A DNA stretch of 64,000 bases, from the NCBI GenBank assembly GCA_965223585.1, contig CBDCWW010000010.1, positions 55,165-119,164 of the forward strand. The letters are read 5' to 3'. The translations under genes and the position numbers were made by a program. The DNA comes from Trueperaceae bacterium (GTDB lineage: Bacteria; Deinococcota; Deinococci; Deinococcales; Trueperaceae). Every line of letters starts with the position of its first letter. Position 1 is the first letter of the stretch. Positions 9,130 through 17,777 of this stretch are shown here, one piece after another. The notes beneath the pieces were generated by a model. The model made no database searches. It was not told where the DNA came from and saw nothing but the letters and a program-made list of their open reading frames with translations.

Positions 9130-10023
9130 ATGGTAAGGCTTTCATTCCTGTTAAAACTGTTGAGTATTCTCATTCTTATCGACTTTACCATTGCTGTTTA
9201 TCTACTCATTATCCGCCCTTGGCAGCTGCACTGGGGTGCTACTGCTGAGGAAGTAGCTCGAACCATGCTGAGTGATGAACTTGTACTCGAGCCAACTTTC
9301 CGAGCCACTAGGGCTGTTACTATCAAAGGTAGCCCAGCAGACATCTGGCCTTGGCTGGTACAGATGGGCTATGGCCGGGCTGGCTTTTACGGCTATGATC
9401 TAATTGAAAATCTTGGCAGTGAACGGGGCTTAAGAAGTGCCGAGCGTATCCTTCCTGAACTGCAAGCATTAGCAGTGGGTGACACCGTGCCCATTAGTGC
9501 CATCTCAACTTTGATTATTCAAGATATGGAACCCAACGAATTCCTTGTTTGGGTCGATGGTTCAACCCCTCCCAGCATTGCATTTGCTTGGGTTTTAGCT
9601 CCTGTTGACAAAAGCCATACCCGCCTAATCAATCGTGTCCGCTTTCGACATCATTGGAATGAGCCTTGGATCATCATCGACCTGTTTACGGATTTCGCTG
9701 ACCACGTTGCAGTGCGAAAAGTTCTACTGGGTATTAAGGATCGGGTGGAAGGCAGGGTTGAACCGATGATCATTCAAAATATTGAAATAGCACTTTGGAC
9801 AGTGGCTTTCATAGCATTTATCATTGCCCTTATCTTAGTCTTTACCCATAAATCATGGTGGCGCAATTGGTTGCTTGCGCTGGCAGCTGCAACCATCCTG
9901 CTCATTACCCTGTATGTGCACCCACCACTTTGGCTTGGGATTTTCTTAGAAGTGCTACTCCTTACTGGCCTAGTTTGGTCATACCGAACCTCGCCAAGCC
10001 TTGGGAAGGCAGTGTCTTCATAG
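9130..10023 (+). CDS. Membrane-anchored protein with SRPBCC-like central domain (tentative)
   Basis: The ATG at 9130 lies just after the previous stop. N-terminal TM segment, a soluble domain (ADIWPWLVQMGYGRAGFYGYD), and C-terminal TM segments. Confidence 0.4.
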   Translation: MVRLSFLLKLLSILILIDFTIAVYLLIIRPWQLHWGATAEEVARTMLSDELVLEPTFRATRAVTIKGSPADIWPWLVQMGYGRAGFYGYDLIENLGSERGLRSAERILPELQALAVGDTVPISAISTLIIQDMEPNEFLVWVDGSTPPSIAFAWVLAPVDKSHTRLINRVRFRHHWNEPWIIIDLFTDFADHVAVRKVLLGIKDRVEGRVEPMIIQNIEIALWTVAFIAFIIALILVFTHKSWWRNWLLALAAATILLITLYVHPPLWLGIFLEVLLLTGLVWSYRTSPSLGKAVSS

Positions 10024-10225
10024 GCTTTAGCCAAACCTTTAGCACCTTCTAACTAGCTTGGAGGATTTTATCAACCCTGCCTTAAGGAAACTTTTGATTT
10101 TCCTTATTAAGCTTTTTCACAGCCTGATTTACCTCTTAATGAGTGGGTGTGTCGGCTATCTGAAAAGGATACCTCTAGATTTTTAGAGCAAGACCTACAC
10201 GCTAACAAGAAAGGCTTTTGAGAAC

Positions 10226-11608
10226 ATGCCGATACTCAAAGAAATCACTAGAGAAATTTTAAGAGGAAATCTCGACTTTGAATCCTTCTCGCCTCCTAAT
10301 TTTTATCTTAATTGCAAATTCCGCTTTGCTCGCATGACTAGAGATGCAATCAAAGTTTATCAACTTAGGAAAGTGCGAAACATCATTAACTACGCATTAC
10401 GATATTCTGCTTTTTTTGCAGAACACTATCGCGACCTTGATGTTAATCGTGTGTGGTCATTACCGACAGTTAACAAGGAACTCATGATGAAAAACCTAAG
10501 TACTTACAACACAATTGGTTTGACTCGTCGAGAGATTCTAGATTTCTGCTTAGAAATCGAACGTAGCCGAGACTTCTCAAAGCGCCTTAAGGATGTCAAT
10601 ATCGGAATGTCATCTGGAACCAGTGGTAACAAGGGCGTTGAAATCACAACACGTCGTGAAGAAGCCTATTTGAAAACTGCCTTATTTGCGCGTTTTCCGC
10701 TACCCAAAGCAAAATTAAACCTAGCCTTTATCTTGCGGGTAAGCACGCCAGCCTTCCAGATTAACAGGTTTGGGCACCACCTAACCTACATTAACCAAAT
10801 GAACCCCCTAGAAGAAATATGCGCTCAGCTTGAGAGCCTAGAGCCCAATGTTATTTCAGCACCAACATCTATGTTACGTTTACTAGCAGATCAAGTGGAA
10901 CAGGGTAAACTATCTGTCAACCTAAAAGAAGTTGTTTCCTATGCAGAAGTTCTTTATCCTGAAGACAAAAACTATTTCAGTCAAGTTTTCAACTGTCCAG
11001 TTTTTGAAATCTATAAAGCAACTGAAGGTGCCATAGCATTATCCTGTCGTCTAGGGAGCCTGCATATCAATGAGGATCTTATTGCTGTAGAATTATTTGA
11101 TGAGAACGGAGCGCCTACCCAAGTTGGCAAACCCTCGCACCGTATGTTGGTCACTGATCTCCACAAAACATCGCAACCCATCCTACGCTATGAATTAGAT
11201 GATGTGCTAACGATAAGCCCTGAACCCTGTCCGTGTGGATCATCTTTCCGAGTAATACAGCAAATCCAAGGACGAGCTGATGATCTGTTTTGTGGTGTAC
11301 GCGCAGACAGTGGGCAAGATCAATTTATCTTCCCTGATTACATCCGCCGTGCCATTATCGTGTTGTCCGACACGATTAAGGATTATCAGGTCATTCAAAC
11401 AGACCTTGATGCAGTGAGCGTGCACCTCTTGGTTTCAGAAAAAGCTAACATAGACGAGCTTGCTGATTTAGTAAAGGCAAGCATTCAAAAGGTCTTTACA
11501 GCGCATGGTTGTTGCCCGCCAGAGGTCGAAGTCGACTTTTTACCCCCTATACCCAATGCTAATTCATCAAAGTTAATCCGCATTCATCGCGCCTTTGATA
11601 GGTCTTAA
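10226..11608 (+). CDS. Adenylate-forming enzyme, coenzyme F390 synthetase / phenylacetate-CoA ligase-like
   Basis: 460 aa with the P-loop-like adenylation motif GMSSGTSGNKG. Size and layout fit the F390-synthetase-related clade. Confidence 0.6.
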   Translation: MPILKEITREILRGNLDFESFSPPNFYLNCKFRFARMTRDAIKVYQLRKVRNIINYALRYSAFFAEHYRDLDVNRVWSLPTVNKELMMKNLSTYNTIGLTRREILDFCLEIERSRDFSKRLKDVNIGMSSGTSGNKGVEITTRREEAYLKTALFARFPLPKAKLNLAFILRVSTPAFQINRFGHHLTYINQMNPLEEICAQLESLEPNVISAPTSMLRLLADQVEQGKLSVNLKEVVSYAEVLYPEDKNYFSQVFNCPVFEIYKATEGAIALSCRLGSLHINEDLIAVELFDENGAPTQVGKPSHRMLVTDLHKTSQPILRYELDDVLTISPEPCPCGSSFRVIQQIQGRADDLFCGVRADSGQDQFIFPDYIRRAIIVLSDTIKDYQVIQTDLDAVSVHLLVSEKANIDELADLVKASIQKVFTAHGCCPPEVEVDFLPPIPNANSSKLIRIHRAFDRS

Positions 11609-11617
11609 GGAGGAACT

Positions 11618-12877
11618 ATGAAACGTCTCATGGCTTTAGACCTTGTGCGAGGTGTGGGTATTAGCTTAATGGTTTTTTTACACGCTACAACTTTCCACTA
11701 TGAAGCGATTACTAGTCTTGACTTTGATAACCCTCCTCTTATCATAACGGTGGTTGGTTTCTTGCTTATGTGGGCAGGGCTATTTGCCATTACTTCTGCT
11801 ACTGCTTACACTTTTTCTTCAGGTTTACGGTTGCATAATGGCACAATTTCAAAGGGGCAACTTCTCAGGAACTTTTTAATTGCTGGCATTTATTTGCTAG
11901 TCTTACATTATCTATACTTTTTGGCCTTAGCTCCACAGCTTCTTGATCTGGTTAATGGCGATCACCAATATGCTTTGCTACCGGGCTTACTAGTACAAGG
12001 TAGTTTCCCACTGTTATATCCAGATCGCATATACTATGCGACAACTCTTTCTATGATTGCTTGGAATCTACTGCTTATAGGTCCTATTATTTACTTGCTG
12101 TCACGGTATTTGCCAAAATTTGATCGGGTGGGTGCTTGGCTAGCTGGTCTCGGAACACTCGTTATGATTCTCTCGTTGGCACGCATTCCCCTTTATCCAC
12201 TAGCGCTCAAGGCTATAGATGAAGGTGACTTTCTTTCTTCTCTTTTTTTGGGGTTCCTTGTTAATAAAAACAACCCTATTTTGCCTTACCTTGCCTTTGG
12301 TTTGTTTGGTGGCTGGCTTGGCTTATCCTTAGTGAAAGGTGTATCGGCTCGAGCGTTACACCCCGTTGGCATAGCAGGTTTTCTCTGGTTAATAGCTGGA
12401 CTAGGAGGAATCTTGCTTTTGCCCACCACCATGTTAGAAAGAGAAATAGATCTATTTTGGTATTTCCTAACAGCCTTACAGCTTGGTTTATTCCTTATTA
12501 TAGTTGTCACTACACTTTTCCTAATAGATGTTAAAAGTTTTAGCCTAAAGGTGCTCGAGCCTTTGGCTTATCCTTTTCGTATTATGGGGTTGTCCTCTTT
12601 AACAGTGTTTCTACTTGAGACACCCCTTTCAGAATTACTCGCAAAGCTTGTTAGCATTTTCCTACCTAGTTGGCAACTTAGCCTAAACTGGTGCTTTGCT
12701 TTTGGTGCAGTGAATGCTTTGCTTTGGATTGCAATCATGATTGTTTGGTCAAGGTCTAATTTCAAGTACTCTGTTGAATGGCTCACCATGAGAATTTATG
12801 CAGAGCTTAAACGACCCTCCAATAAATTGCCAAAGCTCCAAAATTACCCTAAATCCTCTGAGAAAGCAAACCTTTAA
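11618..12877 (+). CDS. Polytopic membrane protein, DUF1624 / heparan-alpha-glucosaminide N-acetyltransferase-like
   Basis: N-terminal R..ALDLVRG....MV.LHA signature; about 10 TM segments. It starts 10 nt after the previous gene. Confidence 0.5.
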   Translation: MKRLMALDLVRGVGISLMVFLHATTFHYEAITSLDFDNPPLIITVVGFLLMWAGLFAITSATAYTFSSGLRLHNGTISKGQLLRNFLIAGIYLLVLHYLYFLALAPQLLDLVNGDHQYALLPGLLVQGSFPLLYPDRIYYATTLSMIAWNLLLIGPIIYLLSRYLPKFDRVGAWLAGLGTLVMILSLARIPLYPLALKAIDEGDFLSSLFLGFLVNKNNPILPYLAFGLFGGWLGLSLVKGVSARALHPVGIAGFLWLIAGLGGILLLPTTMLEREIDLFWYFLTALQLGLFLIIVVTTLFLIDVKSFSLKVLEPLAYPFRIMGLSSLTVFLLETPLSELLAKLVSIFLPSWQLSLNWCFAFGAVNALLWIAIMIVWSRSNFKYSVEWLTMRIYAELKRPSNKLPKLQNYPKSSEKANL

Positions 12878-12942
12878 GCCTAGCGCCCCTTGTAATATTG
12901 TGGCGATATTGCAGCAGCATGTGAGACAGTGAAAGGCAAACT

Positions 12943-14211
12943 TTGAACGTTCACAAAGCCTTCAACTGGGTTCAGCGACTCAACTTAAACCAAGCTAGAG
13001 CCACCAATTTGCGCTTAGCATGGCGTAATCTTTGGCGGTATCCAAGAAGAACTATTCTTCTAGTGGTAGTAGTTGCTTACACAACAGCCACCACTATTTT
13101 TTACTGGAGCTGTGTCGATGGTTACGTTGAGTCTGTCCTAGCATCCCATGCTCGCTATATCGCTGAACCTGTTCTCATAACGAAAAAACAATGGTTCTAT
13201 GATCGTGATCCTAGTCATACTCTGACCGATCTTACTTTTGTTAAGACCTTGCTCGAGCAAAAACCTATCAGGGCTGCTGCTCCTAGACTCGAGCTTCCTG
13301 TTCGTATTCGTTCAGCTTATGCTTCTGAAAGTCAGATTGCGCGCGGGGTTGACCCCTATGCAGAGCAAGCACTTAGCAACTTACCGCAAAAGGTGTTTGA
13401 GGGGCAGTGGCTAAGCGAACCCGGCAAAGTTCTCCTTGGACACAAGCTAGCAGAGCGCCTAGATGCTAGACTTGGCGAGCGAATAATCCTCGATACAGCT
13501 AGCTTGGAACAGCCACAGGCTCGAGCCCTTCGTGTAGTAGGCCTCATTAAAGCTGGCATTGATTTAGTTGACCAAAATGCCGTGCTAATTCATATTGATG
13601 ATGCAAGAGCCTTAACTGAGGTTTCGTCAGCAACAAGCATTGCTTTGATGGTTGCTCGAGGTAGTGAAACCGCAGTTGCAAAATTAATCACCCCCTTACT
13701 TCCCGAGGGTGTTGCAGCCTATGGTGTTTGGGACATTGTTGGTCCTATAAAGACTGACCTTATTGGTGCAAAACTCTCAGCTATTCCTGTTGGGGTACTG
13801 TTAAACATTTTTGCCATTATTACTGTGGTCAGCACAGTGTTGGTCAGTGTGTTTGAACGCAAAAAGGAATTTGCAGTAATGCAAGCACTTGGTTACTTAC
13901 CTCATCGCCTAGCAAATATGGTTGTACTCGAGTCACTCTTGGCCACATTTTTGGGCTGGCTCTTCGGTTTATCTTTAGGTTATGGGGTTGCTTGGATGTT
14001 TGCAACGCACAATATTTTGGGGCGTCTTTTTGCTGTTTCTGGTCGAGTTTGGCCTTCGACAGGGATAGCAGAAGAGTTGTACGCAGCTGTGCATCCCATT
14101 TACAGCCTTTATGCCCTCACTATTGTTATCTTAGTTGTTCTGTTTTGTATCCTTTTAACTGCTCCATATGTTCGAAATATTAAGATTTCTGAAGTTATTC
14201 GTAGCCTATGA
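12943..14211 (+). CDS. FtsX-family ABC permease, type A (MacB/LolC/E-like)
   Basis: LAWRNLWRYPRRT N-terminus, large periplasmic domain, C-terminal 3-TM FtsX block (ERKKEFAVMQALG). Paralog of 28731..29957. Confidence 0.8.
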   Translation: MNVHKAFNWVQRLNLNQARATNLRLAWRNLWRYPRRTILLVVVVAYTTATTIFYWSCVDGYVESVLASHARYIAEPVLITKKQWFYDRDPSHTLTDLTFVKTLLEQKPIRAAAPRLELPVRIRSAYASESQIARGVDPYAEQALSNLPQKVFEGQWLSEPGKVLLGHKLAERLDARLGERIILDTASLEQPQARALRVVGLIKAGIDLVDQNAVLIHIDDARALTEVSSATSIALMVARGSETAVAKLITPLLPEGVAAYGVWDIVGPIKTDLIGAKLSAIPVGVLLNIFAIITVVSTVLVSVFERKKEFAVMQALGYLPHRLANMVVLESLLATFLGWLFGLSLGYGVAWMFATHNILGRLFAVSGRVWPSTGIAEELYAAVHPIYSLYALTIVILVVLFCILLTAPYVRNIKISEVIRSL

Positions 14212-16063
14212 AAAATGCCTTTCTTACAACGTTAACTTGATTGGGCAACAATGATCCCACTAGCTTGGAAAAATATCTGGCGACAAAAACGACGCACTCT
14301 TTTTGCAGTTTTTGCTGTGGCAATTGCCTCCATCTTGACACCTTTACTCTTTGGCTTTTTAGCTGCGTGGCAAAATGGTATGTTTGAACATTTGACGGCC
14401 AGAACAGGTCACTTAATGGTGCATGTTGAGCATTGGCAGGATGTAAGGCAATTTGAAAAACTGCTTATTCCTAATGAGAATGTTGTAGCGAAGCGCATTA
14501 CAGAGACCTTAAACAATATTAAGAATGTTCAGGTGGCTACTTTATTGGAGGTTCCTGCCCTCTTAGCAGGGGAGTCAAAATTTCGAACTGTACAGCTTAC
14601 AGGCTTAGATCAACCCAGTGCCCTTGATGAGCCATTAAATCAAAGGTTGATTGCTGGACGCTTACCAAACCCCAATACCTTAGAAGAGATCGTTTTGGGA
14701 GACTCGTTAGCAGAAGCACTCGAGGTTAGTTTAGGGGATACAGTTTATACTTACTTAGCACAATCAATTGGTGAGCGAATAATCCTCGATACAGCTAGCT
14801 TGGAACAGCCACATGCTCGAGCCCTTCGTGTAGTAGGCCTCATTAAAGCTGGTATTGATCTAGTTGACCAAAATGCCGTGCTAATTCATATTGATGATGC
14901 GAGAGCCTTAACTGAGGTTTCGTCAGCAACAAGCATTGCTTTGATGGTTGCTCGAGGTAGTGAAAGCATAGCTGCAAAGTTAATCGCACCCTTACTTCCT
15001 GAGGGGGTTGCGGCTTACGGTGTTTGGGACATTGTTGGTCCTATAAAGACTGACCTTATTGGCGCAAAACTATCAGCCATTCCTGTTGGGGTACTGTTAA
15101 ACATTTTCGCCATCATTACCGTGGTTAGCACGGTGTTAGTTAGTGTGTTTGAACGCAAAAAGGAGTTTGCAGTAATGCAAGCACTTGGTTACTTACCTCA
15201 TCGCCTAGCAAATATGGTTGTACTCGAGTCACTCTTGGCCACGTTTTTGGGTTGGCTCTTCGGTTTATCTTTAGGGTATGGGGTTGCATGGATGTTTGCA
15301 ACGCACAATATTTTGGGGCGTCTTTTTGCTGTTTCAGGTCGAGTTTGGCCTTCGACAGGGATAGCAGAAGAGTTGTACGCAGCTGTGCATCCCATTTACA
15401 GTCTTTATGCCCTCACTATTGTTATCTTAGTTGTTCTGTTTTGTATCCTTTTAACTGCTCCATATGTTCGAAATATTAAGATTTCTGAAGTTATTCGTAG
15501 CCTATGAAAAACGCCTTTCTTACGACGTTAACTTGATTAGGCAAAAATGATCCCACTAGCTTGGAAAAATATCTGGCGGCAAAAACGACGCACTCTTTTT
15601 GCAGTTTTTGCTGTGGCAATTGCCTCCATCTTGACACCTTTACTCTTTGGCTTTTTAGCTGCGTGGCAAAATGGTATGTTTGAACATTTGACGGCCAGAA
15701 CAGGTCATTTAATGGTACATGTTGCACATTGGCAGGATATAAGACAATTCGAAAAACTGCTTATTCCCGATGAGAATGTTGTAGCGAAGCGCATTACAGA
15801 GACCTTAAATAATATTCAGAATGTTCAGGTGGCTACTTTATTGGAGGTTCCTGCGCTCTTAGCAGGGGAGTCAAGATTTCGAATTGTACAGCTTACAGGC
15901 TTAGATCAACCCAGTGCCCTTGATGAGCCATTAAATCAAAGGTTGATTGCTGGACGCTTACCAAACCCCAATACCTTAGAAGAGATCGTTTTGGGAGACT
16001 CGTTAGCAGAAGCTCTCGAGGTTAGTTTAGGGGATACAGTTTATACTTACCTAGCACAATCAA
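13472..16063. repeat. Exact tandem duplication, 2 x 1296 bp (13472-14767 and 14768-16063)
   Basis: The offset of 1296 nt was verified at both ends. The unit is the 3' half of permease A, the spacer, and the 5' half of permease B. The copies differ at a few percent of positions. Confidence 0.9.
14251..15507 (+). CDS. Chimeric FtsX permease (N-terminal half of type B fused in-frame to C-terminal half of type A)
   Basis: Residues 1-172 are about identical to 15547..16779 and the remainder is about identical to 12943..14211. The junction reads YTYLAQS|IGERIILD at nt ~14768. Confidence 0.8.
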   Translation: MIPLAWKNIWRQKRRTLFAVFAVAIASILTPLLFGFLAAWQNGMFEHLTARTGHLMVHVEHWQDVRQFEKLLIPNENVVAKRITETLNNIKNVQVATLLEVPALLAGESKFRTVQLTGLDQPSALDEPLNQRLIAGRLPNPNTLEEIVLGDSLAEALEVSLGDTVYTYLAQSIGERIILDTASLEQPHARALRVVGLIKAGIDLVDQNAVLIHIDDARALTEVSSATSIALMVARGSESIAAKLIAPLLPEGVAAYGVWDIVGPIKTDLIGAKLSAIPVGVLLNIFAIITVVSTVLVSVFERKKEFAVMQALGYLPHRLANMVVLESLLATFLGWLFGLSLGYGVAWMFATHNILGRLFAVSGRVWPSTGIAEELYAAVHPIYSLYALTIVILVVLFCILLTAPYVRNIKISEVIRSL

Positions 16064-16779
16064 AAGGAACAGGAGCGGCTGCTTTTAAGGTTGTTGGTTT
16101 ACTCAGTATCACCGAGACCTCAACTGAAGCTAGAAGCGCATACATATCCCTCTTAGCAGCACAGGATTTAGCTGCACCTAATGAAGCTACTGCCTTCAAA
16201 CTCTTTTTCACAGACTTGAATAGAATGGACCATAAGCAGTTATCTGAGCTTCAACAAAAACTTGATGACCATCTAGCCTCAGACCTTTCTGTGACAAATT
16301 GGCAGCAAGCTAATCCAGATCTTGCAACTGTTCTTGATTTACTCGAGCCCGTTTTTCTCTTTTTATCTATTATCTTTTATGGTCTTGCTGGTTTGCTTGT
16401 GGTCAACACAATTTACTTGAGCTTAATTGAGCGCGTTCGTGAGTTCGGTCTTATGCTTGCCCTAGGGGCTGGTCGCACAAAAATCATAAAACTTGTTTTT
16501 ATGGAAACAGCTTTTGTAGTTTTTATAGGAGCAATAATAGGTGGAATTATTTGTTGGCTAATCCTCTTTCGTTTGAGCCAAGGTTTCAGCCTACCTTTTG
16601 GTCTTGCCCAGATTTATGCCCAGTTTGGTTTACCCACAGTACTCTATGCTAATCTTTCGTTAGACAAAATCCTCATGAACTTGTCTTTTGTTGTTGCTAC
16701 TGCTTTGTTGGCAGCTTTATGGCCTGCTTGGGTTTCTGGTCGACTCGAGCCTGCTAATGCCATGCGTTTTACTGGCTAA
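15547..16779 (+). CDS. FtsX-family ABC permease, type B
   Basis: LAWKNIWRQKRRT N-terminus and C-terminal FtsX block (ERVREFGLMLALG). Paralog of 30074..31300. Confidence 0.8.
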   Translation: MIPLAWKNIWRQKRRTLFAVFAVAIASILTPLLFGFLAAWQNGMFEHLTARTGHLMVHVAHWQDIRQFEKLLIPDENVVAKRITETLNNIQNVQVATLLEVPALLAGESRFRIVQLTGLDQPSALDEPLNQRLIAGRLPNPNTLEEIVLGDSLAEALEVSLGDTVYTYLAQSKGTGAAAFKVVGLLSITETSTEARSAYISLLAAQDLAAPNEATAFKLFFTDLNRMDHKQLSELQQKLDDHLASDLSVTNWQQANPDLATVLDLLEPVFLFLSIIFYGLAGLLVVNTIYLSLIERVREFGLMLALGAGRTKIIKLVFMETAFVVFIGAIIGGIICWLILFRLSQGFSLPFGLAQIYAQFGLPTVLYANLSLDKILMNLSFVVATALLAALWPAWVSGRLEPANAMRFTG

Positions 16780-17060
16780 AGCCTCAAACTATCCTCAATA
16801 ACATATTGTTATAAAAATTTAATTACCTGTTTATTCAATTTAGCACTTCTTTAACATAGCATTTAGTCCAAGGAGAGTGTATGAAAATCATTTTTTTTGT
16901 TTTTATAATTACTTTTGATCCACCAAAGTGGAAAGATGCAGTTTTAGAACTCGCAACCCCACAAAAAACTCTTCAAATCACGATATGGTATTTCTGACAA
17001 TCACAAAATTCAAACTGTAACTATTTTGCTAATTAAGCAGTTTGCTTCAGGAGAACATCA

Positions 17061-17777
17061 ATGTCAATTGTAGAACTTAACAACGTTAAAAAGACTTACC
17101 CATTAGGAAAAACAGAAGTACAAGCTGTCAAAGGTGTGTCCTTTGAAATCAAAAAGGGTGATTTTGTCTCCATTGCAGGTCCATCAGGGTCTGGTAAATC
17201 AACAATTCTGAACATGATAGGTTGCATAGACACCCCTACATCAGGAAGCGTTTATATAAATGGTGTCGAAACTACAGACCTGTCTGATAAAAAAATTACT
17301 AGGCTCAGACACCAAGTTCTGGGGTTTATATTTCAATCATTTAATTTAATACCTGTACTAAATGTCTTTGAAAATATAGAGTTCCCCTTGCTGTTAGGTA
17401 AAAGTAGCCTGTCTAAGAAAGATAAAAATAGTTGGATTAACTATCTTATTGAAGAAGTTGGTTTAACTAAATGGAAAAGCCATAAACCTAATGAGTTATC
17501 AGGTGGGCAGAGACAGCGAGTTGCTATTGCAAGGGCGCTAGCAACAAAACCAAGCATTGTTATGGCTGATGAACCTACTGCAAATCTTGATTCCACTACA
17601 GGTGAAGCCATTATTAATCTGATGAAGAAGATGAATCGGGAACTTGAAACAACATTTATCTTTAGTACTCATGACCCTGAAATTGTCAAAATTGCAGATC
17701 AAGTCATTAAATTGCAAGATGGTTTGATTGTAGAAAACTATAAGGCAGATATAGCATTGCAAGAGGCAGTTGCATGA
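17061..17777 (+). CDS. ABC transporter ATP-binding protein (MacB/LolD-type)
   Basis: Walker [10 protein letters not shown], signature LSGGQRQRVAIARAL, Walker B VMADEPT. ATGA overlap with the next permease. Confidence 0.9.
   Translation: MSIVELNNVKKTYPLGKTEVQAVKGVSFEIKKGDFVSIAGPSGSGKSTILNMIGCIDTPTSGSVYINGVETTDLSDKKITRLRHQVLGFIFQSFNLIPVLNVFENIEFPLLLGKSSLSKKDKNSWINYLIEEVGLTKWKSHKPNELSGGQRQRVAIARALATKPSIVMADEPTANLDSTTGEAIINLMKKMNRELETTFIFSTHDPEIVKIADQVIKLQDGLIVENYKADIALQEAVA

Noticed and set aside
13472-16063. The tandem duplication as an assembly artefact
   Set aside because: The two 1296-bp copies differ at many scattered, mostly third-codon positions, and both junction genes keep open frames. 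A collapsed or expanded repeat artefact would give identical copies. Long-read confirmation is still desirable.
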